Assembly: GCA_965207995.1 (NCBI GenBank)
Contig: OZ242299.1
Span: 592,064-656,063, forward strand
Direction of reading: 5' to 3'
Length of the DNA: 64,000 nucleotides
Source: Dehalococcoidia bacterium
GTDB taxonomy: Bacteria > Chloroflexota > Dehalococcoidia > SHYB01
In this document: positions 1 to 8,244 of the stretch, piece after piece
Numbering within the stretch: the stretch's first letter is position 1
How the letters are laid out: every line of letters starts with the position of its first letter
Program-made: the position numbers and the translations under genes
Notes under the pieces: model-generated
The model's database searches: none
Told to the model about the DNA's origin: nothing
The model's input: only the letters and a program-made list of their open reading frames with translations

Positions 1-421
1 CGATGCGCTTCTGCTTTCTGCGGCGGCGCAGCCTCTTGAGGGTCTTTCCGGCCCGCCTCGCCATCAGCCGCAGGGGGCCGGGACCGCCCTTCACCGGCTG
101 CAACGGGGCGGGCGGCTCAGGACGCACCAACCCGGACACCGGGCCTGCGTAGACCCGTGCCCCCAGCCGGTACTTGAGCAGGTCGGCGGCCACCAGCGGC
201 AGCCGCCGACCTCCTATCTTTCCCACGACAACAGCGATGCCCAGCAGCCCGAACAGGACGGCCATTCCCATCCGCACCTCGGACGGCCCCACAGGGGCGT
301 AGCGGTACGCGCCGTAAGACAAGGCGCACACCGCCACCACCGCCACGATCTGCGGGAAGGTGAACCACAGCAGCACCCTGTCCTCGGCCTGCACGTGGGT
401 CGGTACCTCGTGTTCTCTCAT
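1..421 (-). CDS. Partial (5' end of gene in window, runs off window start) PrgI-family-like conjugal transfer membrane protein; N-terminus MREHEVPTHVQAEDRVLLWFTFPQIVAV...
   Basis: Hand translation of the minus strand from the ATG at 421 gives 140 codons with no stop in 70% GC DNA. The motif 'P.HV.AEDRVL..FT.PQ' followed by TM helices resembles actinobacterial PrgI/TrbD-like proteins. It is not in the supplied ORF track, which lists a different-frame ORF 117..368 that I consider spurious. Confidence 0.45.
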   Translation of the reverse strand, partial: MREHEVPTHVQAEDRVLLWFTFPQIVAVVAVCALSYGAYRYAPVGPSEVRMGMAVLFGLLGIAVVVGKIGGRRLPLVAADLLKYRLGARVYAGPVSGLVRPEPPAPLQPVKGGPGPLRLMARRAGKTLKRLRRRRKQKRI

Positions 422-445
422 TGCTTTCTCCCTCCTCGCGCCCAC

Positions 446-736
446 TTATTCGGCGTCGTCTTCGGCTTCGGTTTCGGGGTCGGGCACGTCGATCTCCACC
501 GGCGATCCGACGACCGCGTCCATCACCAGCTCCACGACGCCGTAGGCGACCAGGGCCAGGACGATGCCCGCGAGGGCCGTCATCATGGCGCTCTTCCCCC
601 GCTCCATCTGGTGGGGTGCGCCGCTGGCCGTCAGGTACAGGTAGGCTCCGTAGATGAAGAAGCCCACGCCCACGACTCCCACCACGCCCAGCAGGATGCC
701 CACCAGGTTGCTAATCGTCTGTGTAAGGTCTTCCAT
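446..736 (-). CDS. Small two-TM membrane protein, putative T4SS pilin-like (TrbC/VirB2-like) protein
   Basis: 103-aa ORF; the second ATG (736) is preceded by AAGGAG with 10-nt spacing. Two hydrophobic helices and an acidic C-terminal tail; lies between the PrgI-like and VirB6-like genes. Confidence 0.4.
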   Translation of the reverse strand: MEDLTQTISNLVGILLGVVGVVGVGFFIYGAYLYLTASGAPHQMERGKSAMMTALAGIVLALVAYGVVELVMDAVVGSPVEIDVPDPETEAEDDAE

Positions 737-840
737 TTGCTCTTTTCTCCTTCGCATTTCGAGCTTTCCGCTCGTCTTCTATCGGTCGTGGTCCTTCGGT
801 TCAGTTACCTGCACATCGCTTCGCCTCCGTCGTGGTGTCG

Positions 841-1821
841 CTACTCGTTGGCGCTCCTGGGTGCATCGCCTCCCATGTCTCCGCCGCCCGATGGGGTCGC
901 CATCGAAGCAGCCGAGCTGAGGCCGCCCGACGCAGCCGACAATCCCGCGCTGGCCGCAACCGCGCCAACCGCAACGCCTCCCGGTCCTCCCGCCGCTCCG
1001 CCGGCCATCAGCCCGATGGTCCGGGCCGACCGCACCATCGACGCGGGCAGGTTCATGCCGAAGTAGAGGGTGGAGAGCCAGGCGTCGAAGGTCCCTGCAT
1101 TCCCAAGGAGAGACGGCACCCGGGTAGCCATGTAGACGAAGGCCAGGGACATCAGGAGCTTCCACACCAGGTCCTGCACCGGCTCGAAGGCGGCTATCTG
1201 CGCAACCTCGTTCAGGAACCCGAACCCCAACGCCAATGCAATGAGCTGTATGGCCTGCTGGAAGGTGGTGGTCATGAAGAGCCTCAGCCAGTGCCTTCCC
1301 CATCCCGCTGTGTGGGGCAGAATCCACAGCCCCAACGCAATCGGTGCCAGAGCAAGGAGGATGTCGATGAGGGCGAGCCTCAACACCATCTGCACGATGA
1401 CGTAGAGGACGAAGAATCCGTAGACGAGATAGAGAAGGGCCAGCAGCAACGCCATACCCACGCTCCCGGCGTTCACGGCGGTGAGCAGGGTCTTCAGAGT
1501 TGAACGCAGCATGTCCCCTGCGGTTACGTCGAGGGAGGCGGCGACGAAGCCGGAGACGGCGTCGGCAACGTCGATGACCAGGGCGCACCACCACAGGGAG
1601 GACGCCGCGGCCACCAGTCCCAGCACCAGGCGGGGGACCATTTCCCGCCATCCGGCCTGCTGGCGTCCCAGGTGCTCGGACACGATGAACGAGAGGCCCA
1701 TCCAGCCCAGGATGACCACCAGCGCGCCGGAGGTAATGGCCCAGACGACCATCCACGCCTGCTGCACCAGGTCGTGGGCATAGGTGAGGTTTGGGGGAGT
1801 CCCGGTGAGGATGTCGCTCAT
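841..1821 (-). CDS. Polytopic membrane protein, TrbL/VirB6-like conjugal transfer protein with a Gly/Ser/Ala-rich C-terminus
   Basis: 326 aa, five or more predicted TM helices and a low-complexity G/A/S tail typical of TrbL/VirB6; operon position. Confidence 0.5.
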   Translation of the reverse strand: MSDILTGTPPNLTYAHDLVQQAWMVVWAITSGALVVILGWMGLSFIVSEHLGRQQAGWREMVPRLVLGLVAAASSLWWCALVIDVADAVSGFVAASLDVTAGDMLRSTLKTLLTAVNAGSVGMALLLALLYLVYGFFVLYVIVQMVLRLALIDILLALAPIALGLWILPHTAGWGRHWLRLFMTTTFQQAIQLIALALGFGFLNEVAQIAAFEPVQDLVWKLLMSLAFVYMATRVPSLLGNAGTFDAWLSTLYFGMNLPASMVRSARTIGLMAGGAAGGPGGVAVGAVAASAGLSAASGGLSSAASMATPSGGGDMGGDAPRSANE

Positions 1822-1824
1822 GGG

Positions 1825-2442
1825 TTAGCCTCCGCCCCGGCAGTTGTCGGCGTCCTCGCCCGAGGCCCGCTCCACCACCCCGCACAGCGTCCCGTGGACG
1901 CCCTCGATCACCCACCCGGCGAAGGCCCTCGCCCAGCGGGAGGGGTTGAGAGCGGAGAGGATCTTGTCCCAGATGCGTCCCGGCTGGTGGATGGGGACGA
2001 CGGCGTAGAAGTCGCCCCTGGTCCCGTCCTCGGCGGTTGCCAGCATGACCAGCAGGTAGGCCCTGTCGGGGTCCAGGTCGGGCTGCTCGTCCAGCTTGGG
2101 GTACTCCCAGGAGTACTCCCAGCCGTCGGAGCGTTTCTTCTCGCCGCCCCTGACGCTGTACATGGCGGATATCCAGTCGCCGGTGTCGGCGTCTCTGACG
2201 GCGTAGAAGAGGTCTGCAATCTCGCGGTCGAAGAGGGGCCGTGCGACGAACTCGCCGCCCTTCTTGCGCTCCACGAACTCCCGGTCCTCATTGACCATGA
2301 CGATCTCGTCAGTGGGCGGTTCCTGGGCCAGGGCGAGGTTGCTGGCGGGGACGGCCACCAGCGCCCCCAGCAGCAGCGCGATTCCCAGGGGGATGAGCCG
2401 CCCGAATGACCGGAGCTTCGATTTCTGCGCCAAGATGTTCAC
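1825..2442 (-). CDS. Secreted hypothetical protein (signal peptide) in the conjugative gene block
   Basis: N-terminal 'RLIPLGIALLLGALVAVPASNLALAQE' looks like a Sec signal peptide. Its stop is 3 nt from the downstream gene start. Confidence 0.45.
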   Translation of the reverse strand: MNILAQKSKLRSFGRLIPLGIALLLGALVAVPASNLALAQEPPTDEIVMVNEDREFVERKKGGEFVARPLFDREIADLFYAVRDADTGDWISAMYSVRGGEKKRSDGWEYSWEYPKLDEQPDLDPDRAYLLVMLATAEDGTRGDFYAVVPIHQPGRIWDKILSALNPSRWARAFAGWVIEGVHGTLCGVVERASGEDADNCRGGG

Positions 2443-2829
2443 CTCCCTGCGATGTGGTTGACCTCAACTGGTCGAGGCCATCGCAGGAGAGTGTGAACAG
2501 CCGAAGCGCCCCGCATAACTACCCAAAGGCGTACTCACATGTGCGCCCCTGTAGGCCCTTATGGGGAAGCCCCCGTCGTGGTGTAGTGGGGGTGTACAGA
2601 GAAAAGAACTTAGTTGGAAAAATCCAAGTGGGGTCATTTCGTAGCTGATATAGGGGGAAAACCGCCCCTACAGGAGGTGAACAGTGAACACCTCGACTTG
2701 CGGGTACGTTCCTGTCGGCACTTGGACGGACATAGCTGGAAGTTGGAGTTTTCCGAGGTTAGGAAGCAGGGGCCGACTTGGAGACGCCCCGTTGGAAACT
2801 TGGAGATTTGGAGAGAGGAGGCGTGACCG

Positions 2830-3681
2830 ATGAGAAAGAGCGAACCGGTCTTCGAGAAGAGCAGGAGCGTCCAGGACATGCAACACATGCGATTGATGGC
2901 GCTGCTGAACGAACTGGTGCGGGACAAGGGGGTGATGAGGACGTCTCAGCTGTTGGGAGTGGACTACAAGACCCTCACCACCAGCATGGAGCGGGGAAGG
3001 CTATCGAGGCGGATGCGCAGCGTGTTGGAGAAGGCGCTGCTGGAGGGAGGCGGCTCGCCGGCAGCCGAGCAGCGGGAGCGCAACGACGCACTTGAGGGGC
3101 GGCTGACCGAGGTCGCTGGCCGGGTGGACGCGCTGGGCAGGGACCTGAACAAGGGCCTCTCGGCAGTGCGGGACGACGTGAAGGCGCTCAGAGACAGTCA
3201 TGGGCGGCGGCTGGCGCAGCTTGAGTCTGGCCGGAACGTCCAGGACGGGTCGGCGCCGGGCGCGGCAGGGAAGTCCGGGATAGGTACACCGCTCCGGCGG
3301 GAGTTCCCCGACCTGGTGACGGTTGACCCTGCGCCCGACGACGAGGAGGTGTTCGGGGATGCCTGGAAGCTCGTCGTCGAGTGGCGGAAGCTGAAGGAAA
3401 CTCACCCCATCCGGGGCAGAGGTCTTGAGTGGCTGGTTGCCCAGGAGCGGCTGCTGACTGTGGAGCTGGACCTGCTGGAGGAGCACGGCATGACCCTGCC
3501 CCCGGAGACGTATCCGCTGCGCGACTTCGCACGGGACGGGCAGACCAGCTGGCGGAGGACCGCTCTCGCCGACACGCGGAGAGAGCGGGCAAAGCGGGAG
3601 CTTCTGCGCAAGGTGGGGCGTGTCCTGACCTTCGGACTGTGGCGGCTGCCCCGGAACGGCCCGCGAGGAGACCAGCAGTAA
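2830..3681 (+). CDS. HTH-containing coiled-coil protein, putative element regulator
   Basis: N-terminal 'TSQLLGVDYKTLTTSMERG' is a helix-turn-helix; the central region is heptad/coiled-coil-like; family not recognised. Confidence 0.5.
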   Translation: MRKSEPVFEKSRSVQDMQHMRLMALLNELVRDKGVMRTSQLLGVDYKTLTTSMERGRLSRRMRSVLEKALLEGGGSPAAEQRERNDALEGRLTEVAGRVDALGRDLNKGLSAVRDDVKALRDSHGRRLAQLESGRNVQDGSAPGAAGKSGIGTPLRREFPDLVTVDPAPDDEEVFGDAWKLVVEWRKLKETHPIRGRGLEWLVAQERLLTVELDLLEEHGMTLPPETYPLRDFARDGQTSWRRTALADTRRERAKRELLRKVGRVLTFGLWRLPRNGPRGDQQ

Positions 3682-4664
3682 ACACACTTCGGCAATTTTT
3701 TGCGAAGGGGGCCTGTAGGCCCTTATTTGCGCCGCCGCCAGCGTCGATAATGGTGGCACTGTTTGGCTTTCGACCAAGGTTTCCGACCATAGAAACCTGG
3801 GTGCGCGATCCCTGTCGCACGGGCATGACCGCAAGGATGATTCGCTCTCCCGAGGCTGCCCACGAGGGAATGCTGGCGATGCGGAGTTTGACGTTGGTCC
3901 TTCGCAACCAGCGCGGGCCGAACCGGCGGAGCTGACGCAAGGACCTCCGTCCTCGGCTCAGTCCGACGGTTGGAGTTTGACGATGGTCCTCCACCCGCAG
4001 GACAACCGTCCGGTTGATCGGAGTTGATCGCTCCGGTCGCTGGACACCGGTCTGACGGTAGGGATTGATCGCCTCACCGCTGGACGCAGGGGACGGGTGC
4101 GCCTTCTACGGCTCGTCCTCACCGGCTGGTCGGAGTGCGCCTGTCTGTTGCAGACGCGTCATGCGCTCCGACCCGCTACACACGTCCTGCGGCATGGATG
4201 GCGTACAGCTAGGCCGTAGTTTCCACACGCGCCTGTCTGCCGTCTCAGTCAGGCTGGCCGCTTCAATTCTCGCAGCTCCCCAATCCGGCGATCTCCACAG
4301 AGTTCACCCTGGGCCGAAATGCGTCTTTTCTCATCCGCTCCGTCCCCGCGTCCGGCATCCAACCGTGGGCGGAGTGCGTCCTTCGTCAACCGGACCCATC
4401 ACACACAACCCGTGCCACGGATGCCGCGCGGGACAACTAACCGAGGAGGTGCATATGCACACTGAGTAACTGGTAGGCGAGATCAAGGGCGTCTCACCCT
4501 GCTTCGCCAGCCTGACACCCCGGCCTCTCGCATCCATGGCCCCCATAGCAACCAATCCACCCACGGAGACAGTCCCGGACACCGGGACAACCAATTCGAG
4601 CGGGACTGTCTCCATCCCACGGGGGTGGCGGCCGTCCCGCTTCTTCATTGAAAGGAGCATCGAC

Positions 4665-5825
4665 ATGACGACGGCAACCACCACAACGACGAACAAGCGG
4701 ACCAAGAACACGGAGACGACGACGGATGCGGCAGCGACCAAAGAGCGCAGGGGCAGGCCGGAGAGCGAGCTCAGGGCTGCCGCCAGGAGGAAGGGAATTA
4801 CCGTGAAGGAGTTGGCGGCCTTGATGGGCGTGAGCGCAAGCCACCTCTCGCAGGTGGGCACGGGCAAGAAGCCCTGGACCCCCAACCTGCGGGAGAAGGC
4901 CATGGCAGTGCTTGGCGAGGTGCCCGGACAGGGAATCGTCTACCGACAGACCGGCGATGTCAGTTCCGAGAGCACCTTCATTCGCGAGCAGGCTAGGAGC
5001 ATGGGGCTGACCATGCTGGAACTCTCCGACCGGTCGGGAGTGAGCTACGGATACCTCACCCAGATCGCCCGAGGCCGCCGGGCCATGGGCGTGAAGGTGC
5101 AGGCCAGCATCGAGTCGGTGCTTGGGGTGGCGGCCAGGGTCGCACCTGCCAAGCTCGCCAACCGCCAGGGAGAGGTGGTAGACGAGACGCAAAGCAGCTT
5201 TATTCGGGAGCGCGCCCGCGCCCTTGGACTGACCATGAGAGAGCTGGCTCAGAAGGTCGGCGTGTCTGCCAGCTACCTCAGCCAGGTGTCGCGCGGCAAG
5301 AGACACATGGGGGTAAAGCTCCAAGCCAAGGTCGAGGCCGTGCTTGGAGGACACGCGAAGGTCGCGTCGGCCCAGTGCCCCAACCTCGACCAACAGGCCG
5401 TCTGGGACCGGATGAAGGAGCTCGACGTCAGCCAGAACGAGGTGGCCAGGCGGGCGGGCATCAGCTCCGGCCACCTCTCCCAGATCATGAACGGTCAGCG
5501 CAGCCCCTCGGCAGTGGTGCTCCGCAAACTGCACGGGGCGCTGTTCCAGCGGACGAAGGCCGATGAGCGGGTGATGCCCGTGGCGCTGAGGGTCTTGGGC
5601 TGGAAGAAGGGAGATCGCAGCGGGACGGTGGTGCACGGCGCACGAGGCAGGGACGGCACGGCCAGGGGCGGCGCGGTGCGCGTCGGCGGGCGCGTGCCCT
5701 GGGGCGCAAAGGTGGAGTACGCCTTCCGAGCCGGGTACGACGGCAGCGGCAAGGTCTCGGTGGACCACGTGGTGGCGCCGGGCTACTCCGCACTCTTGAC
5801 GCAGCCGCAGGCGGGAGCCGCCTAG
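4665..5825 (+). CDS. Transcriptional regulator with four tandem XRE-type helix-turn-helix domains
   Basis: Four repeats of the pattern '(K)GLT(M/V)(K/R)ELA...GVS.S.LSQ(V/I)..G.R...' at roughly 60-aa spacing. AAAGGAG RBS 7 nt upstream of the ATG at 4665; the track ORF starts further upstream at 4536. Confidence 0.6.
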   Translation: MTTATTTTTNKRTKNTETTTDAAATKERRGRPESELRAAARRKGITVKELAALMGVSASHLSQVGTGKKPWTPNLREKAMAVLGEVPGQGIVYRQTGDVSSESTFIREQARSMGLTMLELSDRSGVSYGYLTQIARGRRAMGVKVQASIESVLGVAARVAPAKLANRQGEVVDETQSSFIRERARALGLTMRELAQKVGVSASYLSQVSRGKRHMGVKLQAKVEAVLGGHAKVASAQCPNLDQQAVWDRMKELDVSQNEVARRAGISSGHLSQIMNGQRSPSAVVLRKLHGALFQRTKADERVMPVALRVLGWKKGDRSGTVVHGARGRDGTARGGAVRVGGRVPWGAKVEYAFRAGYDGSGKVSVDHVVAPGYSALLTQPQAGAA

Positions 5826-6026
5826 CCCGGGCGAAGACGCAGCGCGCCACGGCCTCTGACTGAGGGGGATTCCGGCCCTCGAACGAGGACGGGAGGCTGA
5901 GTTGGTCAACGCGGACCCTGGCTTCCGGGGAGAGGACATCGCACGTCGGTGTCCTCTCCCCGCTCGGCTGCGAATATGCAGTCCCTTCTGCGTATCTGGC
6001 CTGATGCGGCCAAGCGGCCCGCCGGC

Positions 6027-7451
6027 TCAGTGCCCCGCCACTTCTTCGAGGGCGAGCCGTCTGTCCTCGCGGATGGACGTATCCCCGGGTTTGAGGCGAA
6101 TGATCGAGTCGTAGTCCAGCACCGCCTTCCCTGGTTCGCCCAGATCACGGTACAGGGCCGCCCTCTTACGGAGGGACTCGACGTTGTCCGGGTCAAGCGC
6201 AATGGACCGCCCGAAGTCCTCCACGGCCCTGTGGCGGTCACCCAGTTCGACGTGGGCGCGCCCTCTATCGCAGTACGCCATCGAGTCGTCCGGTGAGAGC
6301 TCGACCACCTTGTCGTAGTTCTTGAGCGCTTCCTCGTGCTCCCCCAGCAGAGTCCGGGTGTATCCCCTTCCCGCGTATGCCCCCGCGTTGTCCGGGTCGA
6401 TGTCGATGATGGCGCTGAAGTCCTCGATGGCGCTCTCGTAACGGCCCAGCTCCATCCGGGCGGTCCCCCTGTTGTACAGAACGCGGGTGTTGCCAGGATC
6501 GATGTCGATCACCTTGGTGTAGTCCGCTATGGCCAACTCGTGCCGCTCCAGGCTGGTGTGGGCGAGCCCCCTGGCCGTCAGGGTCTCGCCGTTGTCGGGG
6601 TCGAGTTCCAGGGACCGGTTCAATTCACCTATCGCCTCCTCGTTGCGGTCCAGGCTGCCGAGAGAGACGCCCCTGCCGCGGAGAGCCTCGGCGCTGTCGG
6701 GGTCAAGACTGATGACCGCGTCGAAGTCACCGAGCGCTTCTTCATATCTCCTGAGATTGAGCTTCGTGATTCCCCTGGCGTAGAAGGCCAGGCCGAAGTT
6801 CTGCTCAAGCTCGATGGCCGCGTCGAAATCGGCGTGAGCCTTGTCCATCTCGCCGACCTCGCGGTACGCCATCCCCCTGTGGTAGTGGGCTACGGCCTGG
6901 CCCGGCTCCAGTCCCAGGGAGCTGCTGAAGTCCTCCACCGCCTGGAGGTGCTTTCCCATCACGGCGTAGGTCAACCCCCTGTTGTAGTGGGCGTCGGCAT
7001 CGTCGGGCGCCAGGAGGATGGCCACGTCGAAGTCGTTGAGCGATTCCTCCAGGTTGCCCAGCTCGGCGTTGCATCCTCCCCGGCTGTAGTGCGCTACGGC
7101 ATTGCCGGGAGCCAGCCGGATGGCGGCGTCGTAGTCCGCCACGGCCAGGCGATTCTCCTCCATGGCGGAGTAGACGCGGGCTCTGTCCAGGTAGGCGTCC
7201 GCCTTGTCGGGGTCGAGGGCAATGACCCTGCCGTAGTCCTCCACCGCCCTGCGGTGGTCCCACATCTGTTCGTATGCCAGGCCCCTGGCCGACAGGGCTT
7301 CGCTGTCGCGGGGGTTTGCCTCGATCCGCTCCGTCAGTTGATCCAGCAGCTTGCGACCGCCCTCGCCGACCAGCGCGTCCATGAACATGCGAAATGCGCG
7401 TTCTTCCTCGGACCGCTCCTGCGGGTCCATCTCGTCATGTTCACCTGTCAT
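6027..7451 (-). CDS. Tetratricopeptide-repeat (TPR) protein, about 11 repeats
   Basis: Repeated 'A..Y..RG.A...LG....A..DFD.AI.LDP' 34-aa units throughout. Start chosen at the internal ATG preceded by GGAGGAA; the track start is 7556. Confidence 0.7.
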   Translation of the reverse strand: MTGEHDEMDPQERSEEERAFRMFMDALVGEGGRKLLDQLTERIEANPRDSEALSARGLAYEQMWDHRRAVEDYGRVIALDPDKADAYLDRARVYSAMEENRLAVADYDAAIRLAPGNAVAHYSRGGCNAELGNLEESLNDFDVAILLAPDDADAHYNRGLTYAVMGKHLQAVEDFSSSLGLEPGQAVAHYHRGMAYREVGEMDKAHADFDAAIELEQNFGLAFYARGITKLNLRRYEEALGDFDAVISLDPDSAEALRGRGVSLGSLDRNEEAIGELNRSLELDPDNGETLTARGLAHTSLERHELAIADYTKVIDIDPGNTRVLYNRGTARMELGRYESAIEDFSAIIDIDPDNAGAYAGRGYTRTLLGEHEEALKNYDKVVELSPDDSMAYCDRGRAHVELGDRHRAVEDFGRSIALDPDNVESLRKRAALYRDLGEPGKAVLDYDSIIRLKPGDTSIREDRRLALEEVAGH

Positions 7452-7719
7452 GACGTTCCTCCGATGTGTCTTGATGTCTCGTCGCCGGACTAACTCCGAG
7501 TCGCGGACATGGCTGACCGGGACAGGGCCACGACTCCATCCCGATGCTTTGTCCACCCGGTGCGAACTCTATGATGGTGCAGCCGCTTCCGCGATGCAAT
7601 CCCGGTTTGGCGCTCTGCCCTCCGTCCGGCGCGACGGTGCCTCACAGTCCCGTTTCAGGCGCGTTGCGACAGGGCTGCCTCTCTAAAGGAACGGCCATCT
7701 ATGCCGCCCTCTTTTCGTT

Positions 7720-8079
7720 TCAGCGCCTGCCGTCGCGTCCGTCTCGCTGGCGCGCGGCGCTCCCCCTGGGACTCCGACCCGGGGTGGTCGCGACTTTGGC
7801 AGACGGGTCACTTTCCGCCTCCTCCGGGAGGGTCCATGCGGTCAGCAGGTGGGCGAGGCCTATATCGTCGGCCAGGTCCAGCAGTGCCATCCGGTGCCGG
7901 TAATGGGGCTTCACTCCACCTTCATACCAGCGCCAAACAGTGTAGGGGTAGGTCCCGATGCGACGGGCGATCTCCGCCCATGGCAGGCCGGACTCCTTCT
8001 GAAGCGCTTTCAACCGCTTCGGGAAGTCGGCCGGCAGGACGTAGACCGTTCTGCCGTGGTCTGTCCGTTGTCTCGGCAT
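7720..8079 (-). CDS. Small HTH DNA-binding protein
   Basis: 'LPWAEIARRIGTYPYTVWRWYEGGVKP' helix-turn-helix; 119 aa. Confidence 0.5.
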   Translation of the reverse strand: MPRQRTDHGRTVYVLPADFPKRLKALQKESGLPWAEIARRIGTYPYTVWRWYEGGVKPHYRHRMALLDLADDIGLAHLLTAWTLPEEAESDPSAKVATTPGRSPRGSAARQRDGRDGRR

Positions 8080-8244
8080 CTGGATGGTCCTTCAGAGTAT
8101 CTGCCGGGCGAATCTTTATCCACGTGGGGGATCGCTCGCACCGTCGTCCCATTGTTTCCTAATGGCCCCGTCGCCGAAGATGGTAATCGACCCATCACAC
8201 AGCCTGCGTCTCTTCTACCGGGCCTCCAACTGGTCTGGTGCACT

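Noticed and set aside
117-368. Track ORF on the minus strand (83 aa, Gly/Arg-rich)
   Set aside because: It overlaps a longer minus-strand frame that is stop-free all the way from 421 to the window edge and shows membrane-protein and PrgI-like features. The Gly/Arg-rich product is typical of wrong-frame GC-rich translation.
779-1915. 378-aa and other Arg/Gly/Pro-rich ORFs overlapping the VirB6-like gene (also 395..1066, 832..1503)
   Set aside because: Alternative-frame artefacts of high-GC DNA; low-complexity R/G/P composition.
3188-3994. Antisense and alternate-frame ORFs over the HTH-coiled-coil gene and 4xHTH gene (3001..3834, 3188..3994, 4494..5939, 5485..5850)
   Set aside because: R/P/A-rich and overlapping better-supported genes.
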